DNA of 64,000 nt from a virus (IMGVR_UViG_3300025133_009061:1-64000); one strand, 5' to 3'; positions 44,898 through 53,956 are shown, numbered from the stretch's first letter. A program made the numbers and translations. Notes: generated from the sequence alone by a model not told the origin.

Positions 44898-45693
44898 AGA
44901 AGAATTTGACAGGATTTTAGCTCTCGTTAAAGGAAGGATCCCTTTTGCTTTCTCTCGTTTCTCAGACGGAGAGGTTACGGTGCTGCGAAACAAGACCGTC
45001 GTTCTTGCTGAAGACCACTTCATCCAAGGAGATATTCACGGCGACCAAAAAGTTTATGCTAACAGCTACATGCCTGAGGAACAAAAAAGCTTTATCCCTT
45101 CCCTCAATAAAAGAGAGTACGAAAAACTCATAGAAGCTTTCAAATTTAAGAAAAAAAATTACATAAAAGGTATTCCGGGACAGAACAGTTTGGATGGCGG
45201 ACAATCTTGGAAATTTTGTACGGAATTGTACGGCCCGGACGACTGGGAAAGTTTATCTTTTTGTAACGTGATGATAAATGGAAACTATTCTCGTTTTATT
45301 AAAGAAATGCTTCCTTTGTTCGAGGGTAAAGATATAGTTTTGGTGGCCAATGAGAACTCCAAACTCGATCAGCTTCCATTTGAGGTAAAAAAATTCTTTG
45401 CTGTCGGAAGCAATTGCATGGTAAATAATTTCGATCTACCGGAAGAAGTGGGGGAATGGATAAAAAATAACAACATAAAGGACCACCTTTTTCTTTTTTC
45501 GGCCGCTACGCTGAGTAATTTTTTATGTTACGATTTATTTAGAAGGCACGACAACAACCAGTATATGGATATAGGCTCCTCGCTGGGGCCTCTCCTTCAG
45601 TTGGAGGGATGGAAGTCTAGCAGAACCTATCTATTAGCTTATTGGGGAAACGTAGACCATCCCGTCCTACATGAAGAGGACGTTTGGAGCTGA
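44884..45693 (+). CDS. GT-D fold (DUF1792-like) glycosyltransferase
   Basis: FAFSRFSDGE and DIGS motifs. Confidence 0.6.
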   Translation: MKNYREEFDRILALVKGRIPFAFSRFSDGEVTVLRNKTVVLAEDHFIQGDIHGDQKVYANSYMPEEQKSFIPSLNKREYEKLIEAFKFKKKNYIKGIPGQNSLDGGQSWKFCTELYGPDDWESLSFCNVMINGNYSRFIKEMLPLFEGKDIVLVANENSKLDQLPFEVKKFFAVGSNCMVNNFDLPEEVGEWIKNNNIKDHLFLFSAATLSNFLCYDLFRRHDNNQYMDIGSSLGPLLQLEGWKSSRTYLLAYWGNVDHPVLHEEDVWS

Positions 45694-45694
45694 A

Positions 45695-46333
45695 ATGAAA
45701 ATAACGATACTAACAGATAACCCCAATAGCTGGATCATTCCTTTTGTAGAGAGGTTTAAAACTTTTCTACAGGAAAACCATCAAGTTTCCCATGTCGTCG
45801 ACAAGAAATCGATAACATCGGGAGACATCCTGTTCATGCTATCGTGCGAAAAACTTGTTCCTCAGAAAATTTTAAATTTAAACTCCAACAATATAGTGGT
45901 TCACCCTAGCGCTCTACCTAAAAACAGGGGATGGTCTCCACTTACGTGGCAAATACTAAAAAATAAAAACACTATACCTGTATCACTTTTTGAGGCCGAA
46001 GAAGACATTGACAGTGGCCCTATTTATTTACAAGAAAATATAGAGCTGGATGGTAGCGAACTTATCGACGAAATAAAAAAGAAGCAAGGAGAAACCACAT
46101 TAAAACTTTTGAAAAAATATATCGCTAACCGCAACGCCCTGATACCACTCCCACAGGAAGGCGAACCCTCGTTTTGCAGCAAGATCACCCCAGAGCATAG
46201 CGAAATAAATATTTCGCTTTCGATTAAAGACCAATTCGACAGGCTAAGGGTAGCGGATAACGAAAGGTATCCAGCCTTTTTCCACCACAAAGGAACAAAG
46301 TATATTCTTAAGATTTACAAGGAAAAGAAATGA
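45695..46333 (+). CDS. Formyltransferase-family protein B
   Basis: DILFMLSC...NIVVHPSALPKNRGWSPLTWQIL...DSGPIY...QFDRLRVADN.RYP. Start ATG 45695 follows the upstream TGA. Confidence 0.85.
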   Translation: MKITILTDNPNSWIIPFVERFKTFLQENHQVSHVVDKKSITSGDILFMLSCEKLVPQKILNLNSNNIVVHPSALPKNRGWSPLTWQILKNKNTIPVSLFEAEEDIDSGPIYLQENIELDGSELIDEIKKKQGETTLKLLKKYIANRNALIPLPQEGEPSFCSKITPEHSEINISLSIKDQFDRLRVADNERYPAFFHHKGTKYILKIYKEKK

Positions 46334-46935
46334 GAAACCCTTTTGAAATAGTTGAATGGTTCGAAGAATCTATCGCTGAATATACCGGCGCTCCTTACGC
46401 TATTGCTTGCGATAGTTGCACCGACGCCATATTTCTTTGTTGTAAATATTTACAAGTACAAGGCTCAACAATAACAATCCCCGCTCGCACTTATATTTCT
46501 CCCCCTCAATCTATATTGCAAGCGGGAGCAAAGGTGGAATTTGAAGATATTGAATGGAGCGGAATTTATCAACTTAAACCTCATCCTATTTACGACTCAG
46601 CTAAGCGCCTTACTTCCGGCATGTATATACCGGGCTCGTATATGTGCCTTTCGTTTCACCACAAGAAACCTCTTAAGATAGGAAAAGGGGGAATGATCCT
46701 TACGGACGACACAAAAGCCATAGAAACCATAAGGCGACTGAGGTACGAAGGGCGTACGATAGGCATCCCTTTTCAAGACGACGACCTAGGAGACGGCGGT
46801 TGGAATATGTATATGACACCGGAGCAAGCCGCTAGAGGACTAACTTTACTAATGGGTTACCCAGAACACACAGAAGACCAAGTCGAAGACCCTCCCTACA
46901 GAGACTTGAGGACTTTTAATTTATTTAGAAAATGA
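46330..46935 (+). CDS. DegT/DnrJ/EryC1/StrS-family PLP aminotransferase, short form
   Basis: IACDSCTDA, PARTY, YDSAK, LSFHHKKPL.IG.GGMILTDD; 201 aa with the C-terminal domain absent. Confidence 0.8.
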   Translation: MRNPFEIVEWFEESIAEYTGAPYAIACDSCTDAIFLCCKYLQVQGSTITIPARTYISPPQSILQAGAKVEFEDIEWSGIYQLKPHPIYDSAKRLTSGMYIPGSYMCLSFHHKKPLKIGKGGMILTDDTKAIETIRRLRYEGRTIGIPFQDDDLGDGGWNMYMTPEQAARGLTLLMGYPEHTEDQVEDPPYRDLRTFNLFRK

Positions 46936-47741
46936 AAATCGCTTTATGCTTACATGGATACTTTGTTAATTCCGGAGGTACTCAAGCTTCTGTTCGAGGG
47001 GCACAATATATAAAAGATAACATTACAAAAGACAACAATGTTGATATTTTTGTTCACGGTTGGGAACAGACACCGAGCACCCAAGACTTAATAACCTCTA
47101 CTTATAACCCTACGCAATGCTTGTTTGAAACACAAAATGAATTTGAGGAAGAGTTAAGCAAGATTAAATTTTCTGATTTTGACGACAGTTTTAATCGCGC
47201 TCAAACGGTGTATAAAGGAAATTCTCCTTTTCAAACCTTAAGCTTCCTTTACTCACGTAAACAGGTAATGACCCTCAAAAAAAATCATGAAGAAGAAGCG
47301 GGGTTTAAGTATGACTGCGTAGTGTTAGCTCGTTTTGACTTAGGCCAACGAGGGAAAGAGTGGCCTCAAAAATATTACGCCACAGACATAAGATTTGACC
47401 CTAGCCTAGATATGAATTATCTATATTCATGCTTTTGGGATCAGCTAAATTGGGGCTACGCTGATCACTGGTTCTATTCTAATTCTGCAAATATGGATAT
47501 CGTTGGGAACGCTTTTGACAAAGTTGTGTCTTATTACCAAAGCGATTCTGATTATTCTAAGGCGATAACAAATGGATGGCCGCACAGTAATAACCAAAAC
47601 GAATTTAGCAATGAGATGCTCAAAGATGATCCCTCGGAAGATTTAGTTAAATGGGAAAAGTGGCACTGCATAGACAACCACAAGTACTACAAGTGGTATT
47701 TTCTTGATACGGGACTGTATAAAAAAAGCAAATTTGTATGA
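46932..47741 (+). CDS. Putative glycosyltransferase / glycan-modifying protein
   Basis: MKIALCLHG, DIFVHGW, YDCVVLARFDL, YADHWFYSN. Confidence 0.5.
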   Translation: MKIALCLHGYFVNSGGTQASVRGAQYIKDNITKDNNVDIFVHGWEQTPSTQDLITSTYNPTQCLFETQNEFEEELSKIKFSDFDDSFNRAQTVYKGNSPFQTLSFLYSRKQVMTLKKNHEEEAGFKYDCVVLARFDLGQRGKEWPQKYYATDIRFDPSLDMNYLYSCFWDQLNWGYADHWFYSNSANMDIVGNAFDKVVSYYQSDSDYSKAITNGWPHSNNQNEFSNEMLKDDPSEDLVKWEKWHCIDNHKYYKWYFLDTGLYKKSKFV

Positions 47742-48472
47742 CCAATATAAAGGACATTTCAATTATTATGTATTCTCATCACGATTATGGTGATGTATGG
47801 CCCATGTTCACCGGTCAGATAGATAAATATTTTCCAAAAGAAGTTAACAGGTTGATATTTTCAAACACGACAACTCTCCCAATACCGGAAGGGTGGAAAA
47901 TTATAGAATACGACGACGGCTCCGCTTACAACAACAAAGTCTCGTCTTGTCTCTCTAAAATAAATACAGAATTTTGTCTATATCATCAAGAAGATATGCC
48001 TCTGTACGATTCCCCCGACATAAAAACAATAGAATCATTTCTCCCTGAGATTTCCAAAGGCAACATAGATTTTGTTAAGCTTATTAAAGGCGGCCTAACT
48101 GAAGACGTCCCCTATAGATTTCGTTATCCCGGTTTATTTAAAATACCAAGTGACGCTCAGTACATTTACGCTAACCAACCCAGCGTCTGGAAAACATCCC
48201 GACTTAAAGAGATATTCCAATACACTTTCACACCCACTATAAGAGACTTTGAAATAAAAGCCCAAAATAGTTGCCGAGCTTTAGATATCAAAGGATGTTA
48301 TACCCACAACAAAGAGAGCCAAAGAGGTGAACTCCACTGGGACTCCTCAGTTTATCCTTATGTGGCGACTGCTATAGTGAAGGGTAAATGGAACACTTCT
48401 CAGTACCCCCAAGAACTACGTGAATTATTCAAACAATATAAAATAGACCCATCAAAAAGGGGGGAAGCATGA
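47738..48472 (+). CDS. GT-A-like hypothetical glycosyltransferase
   Basis: SIIMYSH..Y.DVW, FCLYHQED, NQPSVWK. Confidence 0.5.
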   Translation: MTNIKDISIIMYSHHDYGDVWPMFTGQIDKYFPKEVNRLIFSNTTTLPIPEGWKIIEYDDGSAYNNKVSSCLSKINTEFCLYHQEDMPLYDSPDIKTIESFLPEISKGNIDFVKLIKGGLTEDVPYRFRYPGLFKIPSDAQYIYANQPSVWKTSRLKEIFQYTFTPTIRDFEIKAQNSCRALDIKGCYTHNKESQRGELHWDSSVYPYVATAIVKGKWNTSQYPQELRELFKQYKIDPSKRGEA

Positions 48473-48999
48473 TCAAGCTTTTGATTTTAGATGTAGACGG
48501 CGTCTTAACCGATGGAAGAAAAACCTACAATGCAGAAGGACTCGGGTGTTATAAAGTTTTTTGTGATAAGGATTTCACGGCGATAAAACGCCTCAAAGCA
48601 GCGGGGGTCAAGGTGTGCTTTCTGTCCGGAGACGAGAACATAAACAGGGCCATAGCTAAAAACAGGGATATAGACTTCTACTTCTCTAGAGGCAAGTGCA
48701 AGACGGCTTTTCTGAAAACCTTCAGTAAAAAATATAATTGTTCTTTTTCTGAAATGGCCTTCGTGGGGGACGATCTTTTTGATTTATTGATCGCTGAAGA
48801 AGTCGGCTATTCTTTTTGTCCGTCCGATTCATGTCCCGAAATTAAAGAAGAAGCAAGCCTTGTGCTGGAAAACAAAGGAGGGGAAAACGTAATAATGGAA
48901 CTGGTAACCTACCTAACCAACAACAAACTGATTCCCACCACTTCACCCAAGGAAACGTTAGAAAGAGTCTACGCACTGGATGAAAAAGAAAAGTTTTAA
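48469..48999 (+). CDS. KdsC-like HAD sugar-phosphate phosphatase
   Basis: LDVDGVLTDG, LSG, FVGDDLFD, GGENVIME. Confidence 0.85.
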   Translation: MIKLLILDVDGVLTDGRKTYNAEGLGCYKVFCDKDFTAIKRLKAAGVKVCFLSGDENINRAIAKNRDIDFYFSRGKCKTAFLKTFSKKYNCSFSEMAFVGDDLFDLLIAEEVGYSFCPSDSCPEIKEEASLVLENKGGENVIMELVTYLTNNKLIPTTSPKETLERVYALDEKEKF

Positions 49000-49690
49000 A
49001 CTGGCACTTTTTGGAAAGCGTTACCAAGACCGGATTTTTTCTATACCCACCTTTAAAAAGGGGGAAACAAATATAGCCAAGACCACCGAGGTCCAACTAG
49101 GAGGAATTTATAATATTGACAGGTTAAAATTCCCCCGCCTCAAAACTAAACTCTTTGAGGAAGGCAGCGTCGAAGCGGTTATAATCAGTGAGTTAAAAAG
49201 CTCGAAACGTAGTTCTATCCTTTCCAATCCGCAATCTTTTGAAAGAAGGGATACCTCATGGAAAAACTCCCATGACTGGACCCATCTAGCTTATGTAGAT
49301 GATATTCATTCTTCCTATTTGCCTTATTTTTCGCAGCCCAACGTAAGCATTGACTTCTGTACCCTAGATCCACGGGAGAAATATTTACCGATTATTCATG
49401 CTTGCTCTATAGTGTTCGATTCCCGAGAAAGGAAGCCGCTTTACAACAAAATAAGAACTAAAACGCCCCTAATGTTTCATGACGAATACGGCTGTGAATG
49501 CGTGGTTGACGGAAAATCCACCCATTCCTTTAAAATGAAACCCATAAAAGGCCTTCAAGTTAACGGAGCCGGGGATATATTTTGTGGAATATTTCTTTTT
49601 CAACTGTATAATTTAGGTCTAGAGGTGGCCGTTAAAACGGCATGTAGAAAAACCACCGACTATTTAAAACTAAACTATGAAAAAGTATAA
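48980..49690 (+). CDS. PfkB-family carbohydrate kinase, divergent
   Basis: C-terminal VNGAGDIFCG anion-hole signature. Confidence 0.7.
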   Translation: MKKKSFKLALFGKRYQDRIFSIPTFKKGETNIAKTTEVQLGGIYNIDRLKFPRLKTKLFEEGSVEAVIISELKSSKRSSILSNPQSFERRDTSWKNSHDWTHLAYVDDIHSSYLPYFSQPNVSIDFCTLDPREKYLPIIHACSIVFDSRERKPLYNKIRTKTPLMFHDEYGCECVVDGKSTHSFKMKPIKGLQVNGAGDIFCGIFLFQLYNLGLEVAVKTACRKTTDYLKLNYEKV

Positions 49691-50834
49691 CCTGCTTCTT
49701 CCTATCGCAGGCAAAGCGCAAAGGTTCTTGGACAAGGGGTATACAATGCCCAAACCCCTAATAATGACCAAAGACAGGCATGTTATCGACTGGTCCATGG
49801 ATTCTATCGACATGGATGAGTGTAACGTAATCTTTGCAGTACGCTTAGAGCATATCAACAATTTTTCTATAGACGATATCTTGAGGCAAAAATTTGGTGA
49901 CGACATTAAAATCGTAGTGATAGACCGGATAACAGACGGTTCCGTTTCAACATGCTTATTAGCCAAAAATCTAATTAACAATGATTTACCCTTAATAATC
50001 TACACCCCAGATGTTTACTTTGAAGATCCGTTTATTCCTGCGGCAATCGATCCTAGTTTAGACGGCTTTATTTTGACCTTTAAGGCCAACAGTCCGGCCC
50101 ACAGCTATGTAGAACTCAATGAGTCAGGGCTTGCGGCGCGCACAGCGGAGAAAGAAGTGATAAGCGAAAACGCGGCCGTAGGAGTCTACTATTACAAAAC
50201 AGGCAGGATGTTTGTGAAATATGCGGAAGAAATGGTCGAAAAAAATATAAGGACTAAAAATGAGTTCTATATTTGCCCCATGTATAATTCATTAATTCGT
50301 GATGGGCTAAAAGTAGGGATATCTCAAGTTAAAAAAATGCATGTTTTAGGAACTCCTCCCGAATTAGAGTTTTTTATTGATCATGTTACGAGTCGCTTTG
50401 GGGAAAAGCCAGTGGCCCTTTGTGGAGACCATTCGGGATTCGACATGAAGACTATTGCCCAAAAGGTATTGGACAAAAATCAAATTCCCTACATAGACTT
50501 TGGTACCTATGTTAAAAAAGATTGTGACTATAACGAATATGTCATGGCGGCAGCGGATTCAATAAAAAACAAAGTATGTGATTTCGGAATGGGTTTTTGT
50601 CGGACTGGTCAAGGAATCAATATACTTGCAAATCACCTAGAAGGAACAACGTCAGCTTTGGTTATAGATGATTATATGGCCGAATATGCCTTACGACACA
50701 ACTGTGCTAATTTCTTTTCTATTCCGGAAAAATATGTTTCTGAGAACGACTTGGACAGAATGGTTAAGATTTGGAAAAAAACTTCGTTTGACGGAGGAAG
50801 ACATATGACCCGAATGAAGAAAACAAGGGGGTAG
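49677..50834 (+). CDS. Sugar nucleotidyltransferase fused to an RpiB-type sugar-phosphate isomerase
   Basis: N-terminal LPIAGKAQRF..GY..PKPLI; C-terminal CGDHSGF, FCRTGQG..ILAN, ALRHNCAN. Confidence 0.85.
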   Translation: MKKYNLLLPIAGKAQRFLDKGYTMPKPLIMTKDRHVIDWSMDSIDMDECNVIFAVRLEHINNFSIDDILRQKFGDDIKIVVIDRITDGSVSTCLLAKNLINNDLPLIIYTPDVYFEDPFIPAAIDPSLDGFILTFKANSPAHSYVELNESGLAARTAEKEVISENAAVGVYYYKTGRMFVKYAEEMVEKNIRTKNEFYICPMYNSLIRDGLKVGISQVKKMHVLGTPPELEFFIDHVTSRFGEKPVALCGDHSGFDMKTIAQKVLDKNQIPYIDFGTYVKKDCDYNEYVMAAADSIKNKVCDFGMGFCRTGQGINILANHLEGTTSALVIDDYMAEYALRHNCANFFSIPEKYVSENDLDRMVKIWKKTSFDGGRHMTRMKKTRG

Positions 50835-50836
50835 CG

Positions 50837-51484
50837 ATGAAAGACATAAAGCTACACAAGAGACTTCTGAAGTTGCTCCATGACCACAACGAAGAACATA
50901 TGGGGAGCTGTTTTTCATGCGTTGATATCATAGATAATATTTTTGAAAACAAATCCAAGGAGGATATTTTTGTTCTATCTAACGGTCATGCTGCTTTTGC
51001 TCTCTATTCAGTACTAGAAAAATATTACCCCCACATAGATGCAGACAAACTCGTCGAACGTCACGGTGGTCATCCAAACCGAGACGAAGAAAACCATATC
51101 TATTGTTCGACAGGGAGCCTTGGAATGGGAATCATGATAGCGGTAGGTCGTGCAGTTACGAACCCTAACCGCACAGTTTACGCGATGATCAGTGATGGGG
51201 AATCCACCGAAGGTTCCGTCTGGGAAGCTCTGAGATATATAGAAGAAAAGAATGTAGAAAATATTGAAGTTCATGTTAATGCGAACGGGTATGCTTGTTA
51301 CGATGAGATGGATGTTGATTATTTGGAACGAAGATGTAAGGCCTTCATGCCGAGAATTCATTTTCATAGAACCAAAGATCAAACTTTTCCATTTTCTTTC
51401 TTGCAGGGTCTAGACGCACACTATATAAAAATAAACAAAAAACAATACGGAGAAGCTTTGGAGGCCCTAAACAATGAGTGTTAG
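50837..51484 (+). CDS. Transketolase-like ThDP enzyme, N-terminal subunit
   Basis: LSNGHA, STGSLGMG, SDGESTEGSVWEA, NAN. Confidence 0.9.
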   Translation: MKDIKLHKRLLKLLHDHNEEHMGSCFSCVDIIDNIFENKSKEDIFVLSNGHAAFALYSVLEKYYPHIDADKLVERHGGHPNRDEENHIYCSTGSLGMGIMIAVGRAVTNPNRTVYAMISDGESTEGSVWEALRYIEEKNVENIEVHVNANGYACYDEMDVDYLERRCKAFMPRIHFHRTKDQTFPFSFLQGLDAHYIKINKKQYGEALEALNNEC

Positions 51485-51953
51485 AAAAACTTTCGTCAAA
51501 CTTTTACACGACCAAATGAAAAGAAATAAAAAAATAGTTTTAATTCTTGGTGATTTGGGTTACGGGCATTTTGACGCTATTAGGGAAGAATTTCCGCGTA
51601 GAGTCTTTAACCCCGGCGCGGCGGAGCAGCTAATGTTAGGGATGGCTTGCGGGATGGCCATGGAAGACAAAATACCCGTATGTTACTCCATGACTCCGTT
51701 TATTTTATATCGACCATTTGAAATAATAAGAACCTTTATAGATCATGAAAAGATTCCCATTATTCTTGCGGCAGCGGGGAGAGACAAAGACTACGCTTCG
51801 GCAGGGTGGTCTCACTGGGCAACTGACGACAAAGAACATTTATCAGGCTTTAAAAATATTTCAAAACTCTGGCCGGACGAACAGTTACTTGAAACGGAAT
51901 TTCCAAATATAATAAACACTCAGCTTCCCTATTATGTTAATTTGTCGAGGTAA
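51474..51953 (+). CDS. Transketolase-like ThDP enzyme, pyrimidine-binding subunit, short
   Basis: GDLG, NPGAAEQ.M.GMA.GMA, RPFEIIR, SHWATDD; no C-terminal domain. Confidence 0.85.
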   Translation: MSVRKTFVKLLHDQMKRNKKIVLILGDLGYGHFDAIREEFPRRVFNPGAAEQLMLGMACGMAMEDKIPVCYSMTPFILYRPFEIIRTFIDHEKIPIILAAAGRDKDYASAGWSHWATDDKEHLSGFKNISKLWPDEQLLETEFPNIINTQLPYYVNLSR

Positions 51954-51955
51954 TT

Positions 51956-52039
51956 ATGGACTTTGATTTATTAGTACAAGGCCCGCTAAACAAGCAAAGG
52001 GTATGCGTGGTATGGTGGGAATGGATTTTTAAAATATGA
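51956..52039 (+). pseudogene. Probable gene remnant, 27 aa
   Basis: MDFDLLVQGPLNKQRVCVVWWEWIFKI. Its start and stop are coupled to both neighbours, and the VQGP N-terminus is typical of glycan-locus proteins. Confidence 0.4.
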
Positions 52040-52455
52040 TTCTAATAGCACATAGAGCTAACTTAAACGGGCCAGACTACTCTACAGCAAACACTCCCCG
52101 CCAGATAAATAAAGTTATAGAACTGGGGCTAAACTGCGAAGTAGACGTGTGGAAAGTTAACGACGACTTTTTTCTAGGACACGACGAACCCAAGTATAAA
52201 ACAGAGTTGGAATTTTTAAAAAACGACAAACTATGGTGTCACGCCAAAAATTTGGAAGCCTTGGAGAGCATGCTTTATAATAACATACATTGCTTTTGGC
52301 ACGAAACCGACAAATTCACAGTAACCTCGAAGGGATATATCTGGACGTTTCCCGGCGAGAAAGTTGTAGACAAGTCGGTGATCGTACATAAAGATGCTGA
52401 ATGGGAAAACAAATATGATTGTCATGCGGTGTGCAGTGACTATTTAACCACGTAA
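52036..52455 (+). CDS. GDPD/PLC-like phosphodiesterase, short form
   Basis: IAHRAN, EVDVW, LGHD, WCHAKN. Confidence 0.75.
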   Translation: MILIAHRANLNGPDYSTANTPRQINKVIELGLNCEVDVWKVNDDFFLGHDEPKYKTELEFLKNDKLWCHAKNLEALESMLYNNIHCFWHETDKFTVTSKGYIWTFPGEKVVDKSVIVHKDAEWENKYDCHAVCSDYLTT

Positions 52456-52456
52456 T

Positions 52457-53509
52457 ATGAAAAAAGTACTAATAACGGGAATACTTGGCCAAGACGGAGC
52501 TAACATGGCTGAGTACCTATTGTCTTTGGAAGGCGACATGGAGATATACGGAATGATGCGCCGAACCTCCAACGTTAATAAAAGTAACATTGAAGCCTTT
52601 GAGAACCATCCTAGCTTTAACTTGGTTTACGGTGACTTAACCGACAATATTTCGATCGACAAGGTAGTAAGAGAAATCCAGCCTGATTATTTTATTAATT
52701 TTGGAGCTAATTCCTTCGTAGGGTGCAGCTGGGACATGCCACTACAGGTTTTCGATGTTAATACTTTGGGGGTTATCCGATCCTTGGAAGCTATTAGAAA
52801 GTTTAAGCCGGAGTGTCGTTTTTACAGCGCCGGAAGCTCTGAGGAATTAGGTGATGTGGACTACAGTCCTCAGGACATAAACCACCCCATTAAAGCGAGA
52901 AGCCCATACGGAGCCTCAAAAGCAGCCTCGCGCCATTTAGTGAAAGTTTATAGGGAATCTTACAATATGTTTGCAATCCACAGTATCCTCTTTAACCACG
53001 AAGGACTTCGCCGGGGGGAAGAGTTCGTCACAAGAAAGATTACCAAAGGGGTTGCTCAAATCAAACGGGCAATAGACGCAGGGTCAGACTTTACCCCACT
53101 TCAGCTCGGAAACGTAAACGCAAGGCGAGATTGGTCTGATTCGGAAGACTTTATTAGGGCGGTATGGCTGATGCTCAACCAAAAAGAACCAAAAGAGTAT
53201 GTTCTTTCCAGCAATGAAACTCATAGCGTAAAGGAATTTGTTTCACTAGCCTTCCAAGAAGCGGGAATAGCGGGTTTATGGAGCGGTGAAGGCTTGGATG
53301 AAAAATTTAGAATTTTTCAGGAAAATAAAATTTTAGCAGAAGTGAATGAAGATTTTTATCGTCCTGCGGAAGTTGACCTGCTCTACGGTGACTCTAATCC
53401 TATTCGAGAAGAGTTAGGGTGGAAACCCAAGTTTTCCTTCCAAGATTTAGTCAAAAGGATGGTAAATAATGACCTTGAAATTGCAAAAAAACGGGCTTTT
53501 TCCCCCTGA
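52457..53509 (+). CDS. gmd: GDP-mannose 4,6-dehydratase
   Basis: LITGILGQDG, GDLTD, SSEELG, RSPYGASK, FNHEG.RRGEEFVTRKIT, RDW, RPAEVD.L.GD. Confidence 0.95.
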   Translation: MKKVLITGILGQDGANMAEYLLSLEGDMEIYGMMRRTSNVNKSNIEAFENHPSFNLVYGDLTDNISIDKVVREIQPDYFINFGANSFVGCSWDMPLQVFDVNTLGVIRSLEAIRKFKPECRFYSAGSSEELGDVDYSPQDINHPIKARSPYGASKAASRHLVKVYRESYNMFAIHSILFNHEGLRRGEEFVTRKITKGVAQIKRAIDAGSDFTPLQLGNVNARRDWSDSEDFIRAVWLMLNQKEPKEYVLSSNETHSVKEFVSLAFQEAGIAGLWSGEGLDEKFRIFQENKILAEVNEDFYRPAEVDLLYGDSNPIREELGWKPKFSFQDLVKRMVNNDLEIAKKRAFSP

Positions 53510-53544
53510 GCTTCCTCCCTTGGAGTTTTTCAAAAATACTAGCT

Positions 53545-53898
53545 ATGTGCCCCCTTTGCGAACTAAAAATTAAAATACACACCTATGATGAAACTGACCC
53601 CAGATGGATTATCATCGACTGCATGAGCTGCCTCCTCCCAATGAGCGTGTGGAGGGGCAACCCACTACACACCATGAAGATAGATCCCGTAGACCACCAA
53701 GAGATGGAAGAAGCCCTTCGCAAGGTAGCTAAGGAAAAGTTTAGTAATGAAGATTTTTACATAGATAAGAAGCAAAACGAGATTCCTGACCATCTTCACT
53801 GGCATGCACGCCCTAATGGATGGAAATTTCCTTTAAAATTTCGGATCAAAAATAAAATAATGGGTTTTTATCGAAAACTTATGAGAGACCCAAGTTAA
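53545..53898 (+). CDS. HIT-family nucleotide hydrolase
   Basis: N-terminal CPLC and HLHWH histidine triad. Confidence 0.75.
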   Translation: MCPLCELKIKIHTYDETDPRWIIIDCMSCLLPMSVWRGNPLHTMKIDPVDHQEMEEALRKVAKEKFSNEDFYIDKKQNEIPDHLHWHARPNGWKFPLKFRIKNKIMGFYRKLMRDPS

Positions 53899-53911
53899 GA
53901 AAAAAAAGGTC

Positions 53912-53940
53912 TTGACTTAAGTCCCCCGAAGAAGCATAAT
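53912..53940 (+). promoter_or_regulatory. Sigma70-like promoter with YCCCC box (recA)
   Basis: TTGACT-TAAGTCCCCCGAAGAAG(17)-CATAAT, with an upstream A tract. Confidence 0.8.
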
Positions 53941-53956
53941 TAGATCAGCTGGTGAT

